DNA of 64,000 nucleotides from a candidate division WOR-3 bacterium (GTDB taxonomy: Bacteria; Hydrothermota; Tepidihabitantia; B3-TA06): positions 70,182 to 134,181 of the forward strand of contig CBFGKC010000007.1 of the NCBI GenBank assembly GCA_965649265.1, read 5' to 3'. The notes under the pieces are model-generated. The model was not told the DNA's origin. It saw only the letters and a list, made by a program, of their open reading frames with translations, and did not search any database. The number at the start of each line of letters is the position of its first letter. Position 1 is the stretch's first letter. This document shows positions 44,055-54,153 of the stretch, piece after piece. The position numbers were made by a program, and so were the translations under genes.

Positions 44055-44943
44055 GTTCCACAAGACTGTCTTGCGTGAGGAGATAGTGCAGGCACTCGCG
44101 CCCGGCCCCAAAGGGGTGTACGTCGACGCCACACTCGGCGGAGGCGGTCATGCCGAGGCGCTGCTTGCCAAGGGAGCAGGAAAGCTCATCGCACTGGACA
44201 TGGATGGGGAAGCCCTCGCCCATGCAGGCCAGAGACTGGCGTGCTTCGTCGAGCGGCTTTCCCTCCACAATAAGAACTTCAGGTATCTGGACGAGGTTCT
44301 CGGTGCGGAGGGGATTAAGGGAGTGGACGGGGTGGTGTTCGACCTCGGGCTCTCCTGGCACCAGGTACGCTCGAAGAAGAGGGGATTCAGCTATCGGGTT
44401 GAGGAGGGCGAGGAGGACGAGGAGGGTGGTTCACTCGATATGAGATTCGATGCGGAAGGAGGGGGTCCTACCGCGCTCGACATAATAAGGAAGGAAAAGA
44501 GGGAGGTCCTGGAAAGGATATTCCGGGAGTATGGGGAGGAGCCCTTCGCGAAAAGAATCGCGCAGGCTGTATCTGAGAAACGCCATTCGATAAGGTGTGC
44601 GAGCGATCTTGTGGAATTATTGAAGACGATTGTCGGCGAGCGAAGGCTTCGCAAGACCTCCATGCGGGTTTTTCAGGCCTTAAGGATAGCGGTCAACGAC
44701 GAATTAGAGAATCTTGAGAAGGGGCTCAGAACGGCAATAGCCCATCTTGCACCGGGCGGAAGGGTAGCGGTCATAGACTATCACTCCCTTGAGGCAAGGA
44801 TCGTCAAAAGAGTTTATAAGGACGCTATAGCCCAGGGTTCGTACAGAAAGGTCGGTTCCAAGCCGGTAGTTGCTTCCGAGGAGGAGCAGAGAAGAAACCC
44901 TGCAAGCCGCAGCGCCAGATTAAGGATATTGGAGAGGATATGA
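44032..44943 (+). CDS. rsmH: 16S rRNA (cytosine1402-N4)-methyltransferase RsmH
   Basis: FHKTVLREEIVQAL...GVYVDATLGGGGHAE N-terminus; alternative GTG start at 44047. Confidence 0.75.
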   Translation: MRKVSVDEFHKTVLREEIVQALAPGPKGVYVDATLGGGGHAEALLAKGAGKLIALDMDGEALAHAGQRLACFVERLSLHNKNFRYLDEVLGAEGIKGVDGVVFDLGLSWHQVRSKKRGFSYRVEEGEEDEEGGSLDMRFDAEGGGPTALDIIRKEKREVLERIFREYGEEPFAKRIAQAVSEKRHSIRCASDLVELLKTIVGERRLRKTSMRVFQALRIAVNDELENLEKGLRTAIAHLAPGGRVAVIDYHSLEARIVKRVYKDAIAQGSYRKVGSKPVVASEEEQRRNPASRSARLRILERI

Positions 44944-45182
44944 AAAAGATATTGCTAGTCATTGCAGGTGTGGGTTTGATGCTTGGTTATGTTTTCATGC
45001 GCGCGGCAAACAACAATCTCGCGGGAAAGGTCGCCGATCTGGAGCGCCGCTCGCAGATACTGGAGGAAAAGCTTGAACGCGAGCGAATAGCGCTATCTAA
45101 GGAGCTTGTGGTCACGAATCTGGAACCACGCGCCCGCTCGCTCGGTCTTTGCTACCCCTGGGAAGTGGATGGGTCGCACTAA
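44940..45182 (+). CDS. ftsL: cell division protein FtsL
   Basis: 80 aa; single TM helix plus coiled coil; position between rsmH and ftsI. Confidence 0.6.
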   Translation: MKKILLVIAGVGLMLGYVFMRAANNNLAGKVADLERRSQILEEKLERERIALSKELVVTNLEPRARSLGLCYPWEVDGSH

Positions 45183-46893
45183 AGTTCTGGGAGGCGTGCT
45201 GTGCTTCCTTGCCCTGGGCGTTCTCGGCTATGCGTTCTACCTTCAGATAATACTAGGTCCCAAGTTTGCCGAACAGGCACGGGCCCAGCATGAAGAACAC
45301 ATCGAACTCCTGCCCAAAAGGGGAAAGATATTCGACCGCAACGGCACACCGCTGGTGACTGATGAAAAGGCCGCATCAATATACGCGCTTCCGCAGTATG
45401 TCACGGATATCCCGAAGGCTGCCCGGATTCTATCAAAGTACGGGATAGGCTCCCCCACTATTATCGAGCGTTATCTTAGGACGCGCAAGAGCTTCTTCTG
45501 GCTTGCCCGCAAGTGCAATTACGAGAGGACATGCGCGCTAAAGAATGAACTCGATAAGGCGGGTCTATCGAATGCAATAAATATGGAAGAGGAGGCGCGC
45601 AGGATTTACCCGTGGGATGAAGTGACCGGAAGCGTTGTCGGCTTTGTCGGCGGCGAGCACAAGGGACTTGCGGGGATCGAATTCGCATTGGACTCGCTTC
45701 TTTGCGGTCAGGAGGGTTCGGCGATATACCAGCGCGACGCGCTCGGAAGGGACCACCCATCCACAGCTTTTCCTTTGAAAGAGGCCGTGAACGGCTCGGA
45801 TGTCACTCTGACCATAGACCTCGACATTCAAAGCATCGCATACGAGGAACTAAAGGCAGCCTGCGATACTTTCAAGGCCAAGAGAGGTTACTGCGTGGTG
45901 ATGGACCCCGAAACGGGCGAAATACTGGCAATGGTCGATTATCCCGACTTTGCACCGCAGAGCTTCGCGAGCTTTCCCAGGGAACGCTGGAACATGGGTG
46001 CTGTTACTGACGAGTTCGAACCAGGTTCCGTCTACAAGCCTGTGGTCGCGGCAATTTGTATCGAAGACAAGCTGGCAAAGCGCTCGGAGTGGGTTCCTAC
46101 CGGTGGTGGAATAGTGGTTCAGGGCCGAAAGATATCGGACATTCACGGCAGGGCCGGGTTCAGCTTTGACGACGTTTTTGCGCTCTCGAGCAACATAGGG
46201 ACCGCGAAACTCGCACTTAGATGCGGCACAACGAGGTTTTATGAGGTCTCAAGGCTCCTGGGTATAGGCGTCCCCACAGGGATAGGTCTTCCCGGCGAGG
46301 CCTCAGGCAAGCTTGACAGACCCGGCGAGATGACCGAACTTCGCCTCACTAACAACGCCTTCGGACAGGGACTTTCGCTCACCACTCTGCAGCTTGCCGC
46401 CTTGTATTCGACGTTCGCTGCAGGCGGAGTTTATCACACACCAAGGCTCATCAAGAAAATCGAAAAGGACGGCAGACTCGTCATGGAAACGAAGGACAAG
46501 GTTTTGCGCAGGGTGTTTTCAAAAGAGACTTCCGATCAGGTCTCGGAGATTCTGGAAAAGGTGGTGGACGAGGGAACGGGCACATCTGCAAAGATAAAGG
46601 GCATAGAGGTATGCGGTAAAACAGGCACCGCGCAGAAGTCTGTTCCAGGAGAAGGTTACTCTGCAAGTCTTTCAACGGCTTCGTTCGCCGGGTACTTGCC
46701 GCGTTCGAATCCCAGGCTTCTTGCCGTTGTGGTTATAGATGAACCGGCTCTCGGCCGCTTCGCAGGCGAGATAGCCGCGCCCTGCTTTCAGCATATCATG
46801 GAAAGAACACTGCGTTTGCCGCGTTACCAGGAGATAAGATTAGAAGCCGCAGAGGCGCAAAAGACACTGGCCGCAACAGGGGGAGGCAGATGA
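45169..46893 (+). CDS. ftsI: peptidoglycan D,D-transpeptidase FtsI (PBP3-like)
   Basis: N-terminal TM segment, dimerisation domain, transpeptidase SxxK/SxN/KTGT motifs (KTGTAQK). Confidence 0.8.
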   Translation: MGRTKVLGGVLCFLALGVLGYAFYLQIILGPKFAEQARAQHEEHIELLPKRGKIFDRNGTPLVTDEKAASIYALPQYVTDIPKAARILSKYGIGSPTIIERYLRTRKSFFWLARKCNYERTCALKNELDKAGLSNAINMEEEARRIYPWDEVTGSVVGFVGGEHKGLAGIEFALDSLLCGQEGSAIYQRDALGRDHPSTAFPLKEAVNGSDVTLTIDLDIQSIAYEELKAACDTFKAKRGYCVVMDPETGEILAMVDYPDFAPQSFASFPRERWNMGAVTDEFEPGSVYKPVVAAICIEDKLAKRSEWVPTGGGIVVQGRKISDIHGRAGFSFDDVFALSSNIGTAKLALRCGTTRFYEVSRLLGIGVPTGIGLPGEASGKLDRPGEMTELRLTNNAFGQGLSLTTLQLAALYSTFAAGGVYHTPRLIKKIEKDGRLVMETKDKVLRRVFSKETSDQVSEILEKVVDEGTGTSAKIKGIEVCGKTGTAQKSVPGEGYSASLSTASFAGYLPRSNPRLLAVVVIDEPALGRFAGEIAAPCFQHIMERTLRLPRYQEIRLEAAEAQKTLAATGGGR

Positions 46894-48347
46894 AACTTTC
46901 CGATCTTCTCAAGGGTTTGAAAGGCATAAGACTGCATGGCAGCGATGGTGTTGAGATTGAATCCATATCTTACGACTCGAGAAAAGTCGGAAGCAAAGCT
47001 TTGTACGTCGCAATCACAGGCCTTAGGACCGATGGCCGCCGCTTCGCCCAGGACGCAGTAGAACGCGGCGCGACGGCCATCGCTTCTGAATCAATAGACG
47101 GTTTGCCGACCGCTGAGGCATTGATAGAGGTCGCGGATCCCAGAAAGTTTCTTGCCGAGGTCTCCGCGAGGTTTACGAACTATCCGGACAGGGAAATGAC
47201 CGTGATAGGAGTGACAGGCACCAACGGCAAAACCACGACTACTTATCTTCTGGAAAGTATTCTCAGGGCGGATAGATTGCGGACCGGGATCATCGGCACT
47301 ACGGGATTCTTTGACGGTGAATCCTGGACAAAGCTCGAGCATACGACTCCGGAGAGCGCGGATCTGTGGAGTATTCTTGCAGGAATGAGGGATTCGGGAT
47401 GCAAGGCCTGCGCAATGGAGATATCTTCACATTCGATAGAACTCAACAGGGTCTGGGGTCTGGACATTGATGCCGCGATCTTTACGAACCTGACACAAGA
47501 CCATCTTGATTTTCACAAGGACATGGAATCCTACAAAAAGGCCAAGTTCAGGCTTTTCGACGAGCTGAAGTCGGACGCGGTCTCGGTTATCAATGCCGAC
47601 GATGCGGCCGGCCTCGAGCTGCTTGAACAGTTGAGAGGGAAAAGAACTATTTCTTTCTCAACCCTAACGAGAGAGTCGGATTTGTGGATAGAAGTCGAGT
47701 ACGCGAACCTTGAGGGCACGGCCCTCGTGATACACTACCGTGGATTGGCCCTGCCTTGCTTCCTGAGGCTTCCGGGACTCCATAATGTGAGCAACCTTGC
47801 TGCGGCTGCCGGAGCCGCATTGAGCATCGGTATCGAGCCTGAAGCGCTTAAGAAAGGGGCGGAAGCTCTCTTGCGCGTACCCGGTCGTTTTGATCGTGTT
47901 GAAAACGAAAGGAAATTCTTCATTTTTGTCGATTACGCACATACCCCGGACGCTCTCGAGCATCTTATCAAAACGGCGAGGGAACTCGGACAAGGTCGCG
48001 TGATAACACTCTTCGGCTGCGGCGGCGATCGCGACAGAGGGAAAAGACCTCTCATGGGAAAGATCGCTTCGGATCTCTCCGATTACGTGTTCGTGACTTC
48101 GGACAACCCGCGTACCGAGAAACCGATCGAGATAATAGAAGAAATACTTCAAGGAGTGAAGGGGAATAGCTTCAAGGTAATTGAAGACAGGCGGGAAGCC
48201 ATATTCGAGGCCGTGCGATACCTTGAACCTGGAGACGCCCTCCTTATCGCAGGCAAGGGCCACGAGGATTATCAGATAATCGGGACGACCAAGGTACATT
48301 TCGACGACCGTGAAGTCGTCAAGGAGGCTTTGCTTGCTCTCCCTTGA
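46890..48347 (+). CDS. murE: UDP-N-acetylmuramoyl-L-alanyl-D-glutamate--2,6-diaminopimelate ligase
   Basis: Mur ligase GTNGKTT P-loop and DNPR motif (meso-DAP type). Confidence 0.85.
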   Translation: MKLSDLLKGLKGIRLHGSDGVEIESISYDSRKVGSKALYVAITGLRTDGRRFAQDAVERGATAIASESIDGLPTAEALIEVADPRKFLAEVSARFTNYPDREMTVIGVTGTNGKTTTTYLLESILRADRLRTGIIGTTGFFDGESWTKLEHTTPESADLWSILAGMRDSGCKACAMEISSHSIELNRVWGLDIDAAIFTNLTQDHLDFHKDMESYKKAKFRLFDELKSDAVSVINADDAAGLELLEQLRGKRTISFSTLTRESDLWIEVEYANLEGTALVIHYRGLALPCFLRLPGLHNVSNLAAAAGAALSIGIEPEALKKGAEALLRVPGRFDRVENERKFFIFVDYAHTPDALEHLIKTARELGQGRVITLFGCGGDRDRGKRPLMGKIASDLSDYVFVTSDNPRTEKPIEIIEEILQGVKGNSFKVIEDRREAIFEAVRYLEPGDALLIAGKGHEDYQIIGTTKVHFDDREVVKEALLALP

Positions 48348-49659
48348 AGAAATAATCAGTGTGACGAAAGGCAAAGCTCAGGGTATTGAGGACGTCTCTT
48401 TGAGGCCGACAGGTGTATCCACGGACTCGAGAACGATCGCACAGGGTGAGCTCTTTGTCGCGCTTCGTGGGCCGAACTTCGATGGACATGACTTCCTCGA
48501 AAACGCCATGGGTAAAGGCGCGCTTTCGGCGCTTGTATCGAGTGACATGAAGATGCCCAGGACGATAGTAGTAAAAGATACGCTTTTCGCCCTCGGAGAG
48601 ATAGCCCGGGCGCACCGGGCGAACATTAACATCCCGGTCATCGTTATCACCGGAACAAATGGAAAAACAACAGTCAAGAATCTTCTCAAGGCTCTTCTTT
48701 CCGTTCGCTACAAGACCTACGCCAACAGAGGAAATCGCAATAATCTGATAGGTCTCCCCCTGTCTCTTCTTGAGATTGACGAATCGTTCGAAGTCGCCGT
48801 TATCGAAGCTGGCATAAGCCAAAAGGGGGAACTCACAAGACTCTGTAACATTGCGGCTCCCACACACGGGCTCATAACGAACATCGGACCCGGTCATCTC
48901 GAGGAACTCGGCAGCATCGAGAATGTTCTGGAAGCTAAATGGGAACTCGGGCAGGCTATAGCACGCTTAAGCGGAACCCTTTATCTGAACAAGGATTATC
49001 CAGAACTCATGAAACGTTCGAGTAACGAAGGTATTACACCCGTTACATTCGCGGTCCAGAGCAATACCGACTTTACGCCTGAAAACGTTCTCTATGGAGT
49101 GAACGGAACCAGTTTCAAAATCAAGGATCAGTCGTTTACTTTACCCCTTCTTGGAGCCGGAAACCTGGTAAATGCTTTAGCGGCTTTAACCGTTGCGGTG
49201 AAAGGATTCGGCCTGACACTCCTTGAAGCGGCAACCGTCCTTACCGAAGCAAGACCGGAGAAGTGGAGACTTGAACTCAGAGAAGTCGGCGATATTCACT
49301 TACTACTGGATTGTTACAATGCAAATCCAGTATCAATGAAGGAAGCCTTCAGCTTATTCACGCTCTTCCCCGCACCAAGGGTGGCGGTTCTCGGAGCAAT
49401 GCTCGAACTCGGAGAGGAAACGACGAGATATCACGAAGAAGTCATAGAAATGGCCCGCGACACCGCTGATCTCGTAATAGTGACCGGACCACATGCTGAG
49501 CTCTACCCTCCGCATGAGGGAATATTGATTATTCCGGACAAGCAGAAAGCTGCAGAGGAACTTCGGAAAAGACTTCTCCCCGGGGCAAGCGTGCTTGTAA
49601 AGGGCTCTCGCGCATGCGCTCTGGAGGACGTCGTGGCCCAAATATGGGGGACACCTTGA
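48310..49659 (+). CDS. murF: UDP-N-acetylmuramoyl-tripeptide--D-alanyl-D-alanine ligase
   Basis: Mur ligase GTNGKTT motif; position after murE; the start codon is uncertain. Confidence 0.8.
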   Translation: MKSSRRLCLLSLEEIISVTKGKAQGIEDVSLRPTGVSTDSRTIAQGELFVALRGPNFDGHDFLENAMGKGALSALVSSDMKMPRTIVVKDTLFALGEIARAHRANINIPVIVITGTNGKTTVKNLLKALLSVRYKTYANRGNRNNLIGLPLSLLEIDESFEVAVIEAGISQKGELTRLCNIAAPTHGLITNIGPGHLEELGSIENVLEAKWELGQAIARLSGTLYLNKDYPELMKRSSNEGITPVTFAVQSNTDFTPENVLYGVNGTSFKIKDQSFTLPLLGAGNLVNALAALTVAVKGFGLTLLEAATVLTEARPEKWRLELREVGDIHLLLDCYNANPVSMKEAFSLFTLFPAPRVAVLGAMLELGEETTRYHEEVIEMARDTADLVIVTGPHAELYPPHEGILIIPDKQKAAEELRKRLLPGASVLVKGSRACALEDVVAQIWGTP

Positions 49660-50744
49660 TATATCTCTTAGCAAAATGGCTGCAGCCGGTATTCTCTCAG
49701 GCAAACCTGTTTCGCTACATAACGTTCCGCGCCGCTCTGGCTGCAGGGTTCGCCATCCTTATTCTAGTTATTTTTGGAAGACCGGTTGTGAGAAGAATAA
49801 AGAGAATGGGTCTTGGCGAGGAGATTTACGAGGAACTCCCGGAGACGCATCGCAAAAAAGCGGGCACGCCATCCATGGGTGGGCTTCTCGTGGTCGCTGC
49901 GATAATATTCTCGTTACTGCTCTTCGCAGATATCAGCAATCCTTACGTAATTCTTTCCATCGTGATTCTTGCGGGCATGGGGTTTTTGGGGTTTCTGGAC
50001 GACTACATAAAGTTGCGCAAGCACAAACGTGGTCTCGAAAAAAAATGGAAGTTCCTCGGACAGGCGCTGCTCGCTCTCGGTGTGAGTCTTTACCTGTATT
50101 TCTTTCCTGAGAGCGAAATGCTGCGCTCTTCGACAAACGTTCTCTTTTTGAAAAATTACGTTGTCCAGATGGGCATCTTTTATATACTTTTCACGAGCTT
50201 CATAGTGGTCGGTTCGGGCAATGCCGTCAACTTCGCAGACGGGCTTGACGGTCTTGCCATTGGTTTGATTGCCATAGCCGCGGCCGCATTTGCGGCCCTC
50301 GCATACGTGGCAGGTAACGTAAAAATATCGGAATACCTGAATGTTCTCTACATACCAAACGCAGGTGAAATGGCCGTGGTCTGCGCGGCCGTCGTGGGCG
50401 CAGGCCTCGGATTCTTATGGTTCAATACCCACCCGGCTTCCATTTTCATGGGTGACACCGGCTCTCTTCCCCTCGGCGCGCTTCTCGGTTTTATTGCCGT
50501 AGTCGTAAAGCAAGAGATTCTTCTTGGGATCATCGGCGGCGTGTTCGTTCTCGAGATGATATCGGTTATCCTTCAAATAATATGGTTCAGGGCAAGCAAG
50601 GGGAAAAAGAGACTCTTTAAGAAAGCGCCTTTGCATCACCATTTTGAGATGGTAGGATGGGTCGAGTCCAAGATTGTGGTTCGGTTCTGGATTTGGGGAA
50701 TTCTTTTCGCGCTCGCAGGCCTTGCAACCTTGAAGGTGAGATGA
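49644..50744 (+). CDS. mraY: phospho-N-acetylmuramoyl-pentapeptide transferase
   Basis: Polytopic membrane protein with MraY motifs (GFLDDY, NAVNFADGLDGLA). Confidence 0.85.
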   Translation: MGDTLIYLLAKWLQPVFSQANLFRYITFRAALAAGFAILILVIFGRPVVRRIKRMGLGEEIYEELPETHRKKAGTPSMGGLLVVAAIIFSLLLFADISNPYVILSIVILAGMGFLGFLDDYIKLRKHKRGLEKKWKFLGQALLALGVSLYLYFFPESEMLRSSTNVLFLKNYVVQMGIFYILFTSFIVVGSGNAVNFADGLDGLAIGLIAIAAAAFAALAYVAGNVKISEYLNVLYIPNAGEMAVVCAAVVGAGLGFLWFNTHPASIFMGDTGSLPLGALLGFIAVVVKQEILLGIIGGVFVLEMISVILQIIWFRASKGKKRLFKKAPLHHHFEMVGWVESKIVVRFWIWGILFALAGLATLKVR

Positions 50745-52084
50745 TGAAAGTTGTTGGAATTATTGGACTCGGTAGAGTGGGCCGCACCCTGCTGGCGTAT
50801 CTTGCAGATGGCAGGGCAGGAAAAATTCTCATCTACGACGAGAATCCTGAAGTTTTTTCGAACAGGTATGTGGCAGAGTTGATCAAGAAAGGAAACGTTG
50901 CGAGAGTTGAAGATCCCCTGGGGTTGAAAGATGCGGAGCTTCTCATAAAGAGCCCCGGAATATCTAATGAGGCGAAATGGGTATTGGAGCTTGATAGAAG
51001 CGGTGTTACGATGATCGACGAGATTGAATTCGTCTGGACAGAGCTTGGAAAACCAAAGACGATAGCCGTCACAGGCACGAACGGCAAGTCCACGACGACG
51101 GCCTGGACGGCTGAGATTCTTAAAGGGGCTGGCCTTAACGTATTTTGCGGCGGCAACCTGGCGCCGGGCAGACCTTTCTCGGAGGCGCTCTCGGATAGGC
51201 CCTATGACGTCTATGTAATAGAAATATCCACGTTCCAGCTCGAACGATGCCCTTCTTTCAGGCCCGATATCGGAATACTCACGAATATCACGGCAGATCA
51301 CCTCAATCGGCATTCGATAGAACAGTACGTGGATCTGAAGCTCTCACTCTTCAAAAACAACACACCGCAAGACGCAGCGGTTTTGAATGCCGATGATCCC
51401 TTGACATCAAGTAACATTGATAAGGTCAAAGGCAAGCGGTTATTCTTCTCTCTCTGTGAAAAAAATAAGGATACATACCTGAAAGACGGGCAAATAATGA
51501 CGCGAGACGTGGCGATAGCCCGCGCGAACGAACTCAAGCTTCCCGGTTTACACAACGTTGCCAACGCACTGGCCGCGTCGGCGGCTGCCCTTGAATACGG
51601 CATCAATCCTGGAGAAATTCGAAAAGGTTTGACAGGCTTCAAGGGTCTCCCCCACCGCATGGAATATCTTGGTGAACTGGATGGGAAAAAGGTCTATAAC
51701 AACTCGATGTGCACCAATCCTGAGGCTTTCTACCACTCGGTTAAAAGCTTCGAAGAAGACGTCATCGTTATAGCGGGCGGAACCGAGAAGAATTTGCCTA
51801 TAGAACCATTCATAAGAGGTGTGAAGGAAAGAGTAAAATTTCTTGTCCTCTTCGGCGAAAACGCCGAAAGACTGGCCGAGATTCTGCGCAACGACTCGCA
51901 GTTCTCCTCCTACGTTATAGTCGAATCATTGAGGGCCGCCCTCGATGCGGCCCTCAATGCCAGCAAGAAAGGCGAAAGAATCATATTCGCGCCCGGTTTT
52001 GCGAGTTTCGGTAATTTTAAAAACTTTGAGGAAAGAGGCCATGCCTTTATTCAAGAATTCAGAGAACGTTCGAAGCGAGTCTAA
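50741..52084 (+). CDS. murD: UDP-N-acetylmuramoylalanine--D-glutamate ligase
   Basis: MMKVVGIIGLGRVGRT N-terminus and GTNGKSTT; ATGA overlap with the mraY stop. Confidence 0.85.
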   Translation: MMKVVGIIGLGRVGRTLLAYLADGRAGKILIYDENPEVFSNRYVAELIKKGNVARVEDPLGLKDAELLIKSPGISNEAKWVLELDRSGVTMIDEIEFVWTELGKPKTIAVTGTNGKSTTTAWTAEILKGAGLNVFCGGNLAPGRPFSEALSDRPYDVYVIEISTFQLERCPSFRPDIGILTNITADHLNRHSIEQYVDLKLSLFKNNTPQDAAVLNADDPLTSSNIDKVKGKRLFFSLCEKNKDTYLKDGQIMTRDVAIARANELKLPGLHNVANALAASAAALEYGINPGEIRKGLTGFKGLPHRMEYLGELDGKKVYNNSMCTNPEAFYHSVKSFEEDVIVIAGGTEKNLPIEPFIRGVKERVKFLVLFGENAERLAEILRNDSQFSSYVIVESLRAALDAALNASKKGERIIFAPGFASFGNFKNFEERGHAFIQEFRERSKRV

Positions 52085-53195
52085 CTCGGGATTTCTCGCT
52101 ATCGTGATAATGCTCGTCGGATTCGGGCTCGTTATGGTATTTTCGTCGAGTATATACCTTGCGAACAATGACCCCCTGTACTTCCTTAAGAACCAGGCCA
52201 TAAGAATAGCCGTGGCTCTTGTTTTCTTCATTCTCGGTCTGAAAGTTCCTTATCGTTTTTGGGGAAAGATAAGCGGGATACTCGTCGTTCTCTCAACAAT
52301 AGTACTCATAGTCGTCCTCATTACGGGCAGAACCGCCGGAGGTGCCACTCGCTGGCTCAGCATACTGACCTTTTCCATGCAGCCGTCGGAGTTCGTGAAA
52401 ATCGCTCTGTTGATATACCTGGCCAATTTCTTCGGAAAGCGAGAGGAGGCTCCGCGCGACTTCAAGCATTACACCCTCCCCCCCATTATTGTTTCGGGAT
52501 TATTGCTGGGGTTGATCGTTCTGCAACCAAACGTCGGTACGGCAACCGTTCTCGCAATTCTTGTGGGCTTCGTAATGTTCCTCTCAGGAGTCAAGCTTCG
52601 TTACCTCTTGGTTCTGGCATTGATAGTGGCGGGTGTATTCATCCTGGTCGTCAACGTATTTCCGCATGCACACGCACGAGTATCGGGATTCCTGGGGCAA
52701 GGCAACTACCAGCTTGACCAGGCACGTATAGCGATGGGATCGGGCGGGCTTTTCGGAGTCGGACTGGGCGGCGGCAGACAAAAGTATCTGTTTTTGCCTC
52801 AGCCTCATACCGACTTCATATTCGCGGTGATAGGTGAGGAACTGGGATTTATGGGCATTGCCGGGCTTACCTTGCTGTTCGTCCTTTTCATGTTCAAGGG
52901 TCTTAAGCTCGCGACACGCACCGACGATGCCTTCGGCAGATATTTAGGCTCATCACTTGTTGTGATGATCTTCCTTTACTTCATTATCCATGCGGGAGTA
53001 AGCATGGGACTCTTACCGACCACAGGACTCCCACTTCCTTTTATCAGCTTTGGAGGATCCGCTCTCACGTCCAACCTCATGGGCATCGGAATCCTCTTGA
53101 ATATCAGTCGTGCAAAGGAGCAATCATATGCGAGCGATTCTCGCCTGCGGTGGAACCGGAGGCCATATCTTTCCGGCGCTAGCCCTCGCCCATGA
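52041..53195 (+). CDS. ftsW: peptidoglycan glycosyltransferase FtsW (SEDS family)
   Basis: About ten TM helices with SEDS motifs; start trimmed to the ATG at 52041. Confidence 0.8.
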   Translation: MPLFKNSENVRSESNSGFLAIVIMLVGFGLVMVFSSSIYLANNDPLYFLKNQAIRIAVALVFFILGLKVPYRFWGKISGILVVLSTIVLIVVLITGRTAGGATRWLSILTFSMQPSEFVKIALLIYLANFFGKREEAPRDFKHYTLPPIIVSGLLLGLIVLQPNVGTATVLAILVGFVMFLSGVKLRYLLVLALIVAGVFILVVNVFPHAHARVSGFLGQGNYQLDQARIAMGSGGLFGVGLGGGRQKYLFLPQPHTDFIFAVIGEELGFMGIAGLTLLFVLFMFKGLKLATRTDDAFGRYLGSSLVVMIFLYFIIHAGVSMGLLPTTGLPLPFISFGGSALTSNLMGIGILLNISRAKEQSYASDSRLRWNRRPYLSGASPRP

Positions 53196-54153
53196 ACTCT
53201 TGGAAAAGGGCTGGACTCTTCTTTTCGCTACAGACCAGCGCGGGGCCGCATTCGTTGCTGGAAATCAAGATATGGAGTTTGAAGTGATACCTGCAGCCGC
53301 TTTCTTCGGGCGATCGCTCGTGAAAAAGATAGGAGCCGGTTTCGAGTATTTAAGAGGTCGCGGTAAAGCCGCAGAGATAATCAAAAGATTCGGGCCGGAT
53401 GCAGTGGTTGGCGTGGGTGGTTACACAAGCTTTCCTTTGATACGCGCGGCTGCCTCAAAGAGGATCCCCTATTTTCTGCTCGAACAGAACTCCGTTCCCG
53501 GCAGAGTTACGAGGCTCGCGGCCAAGGGCGCAAAGGAAGTTTTCTCGGGAATTCCACTTACGGAGTCACTGAAAGGAAAAATCACGTTCACCGGAAATCC
53601 GCTGCGGAAATCGGTAATCGTCGATGGGAACAACAAAGGAAACGTGATACTCATACTGGGCGGCAGCCAGGGCGCTAAATCACTGAACAATCTCGGATAT
53701 CATCTTGCGAGTGCGATGTCTTCTGAAAAATTTGTAATAGTAACCGGGAAGCGTGACTATCAGGAGATGGCTTCGATGCCCCAACTTCCGAATCTTAGGC
53801 TCGTGGAGTTCACCGATCATCCGCAGGATCTTTACAGAATCGCAAAAGTCGCGATATCGAGATCGGGCGCAATGGTTCTATCCGAACTGCTGGCGAACGG
53901 AATACCCACGATATTTGTTCCCTTCCCCTATGCGGTCGACGATCACCAGAAGCATAACGCACTCTGGGCAAGCAGCAACGGGGCCGCTTTGACGATAGAG
54001 GAAAAGGATATCGACGGAATCGAACCTGCCCTGCGAACCCTTCTAGGTGATCAATCGCGACTGGAGAAGATGTCGGAAGCTTCGCGCTTGCTGGTTCCGC
54101 GAGAGGCCGCATCGGTGATAGCCGAAAGGATTGAAATATGTTTGGCCGCGTAA
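53128..54153 (+). CDS. murG: undecaprenyldiphospho-muramoylpentapeptide beta-N-acetylglucosaminyltransferase
   Basis: AAGGAG RBS; MRAILACGGTGGHIFPALALA. Confidence 0.85.
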   Translation: MRAILACGGTGGHIFPALALAHELLEKGWTLLFATDQRGAAFVAGNQDMEFEVIPAAAFFGRSLVKKIGAGFEYLRGRGKAAEIIKRFGPDAVVGVGGYTSFPLIRAAASKRIPYFLLEQNSVPGRVTRLAAKGAKEVFSGIPLTESLKGKITFTGNPLRKSVIVDGNNKGNVILILGGSQGAKSLNNLGYHLASAMSSEKFVIVTGKRDYQEMASMPQLPNLRLVEFTDHPQDLYRIAKVAISRSGAMVLSELLANGIPTIFVPFPYAVDDHQKHNALWASSNGAALTIEEKDIDGIEPALRTLLGDQSRLEKMSEASRLLVPREAASVIAERIEICLAA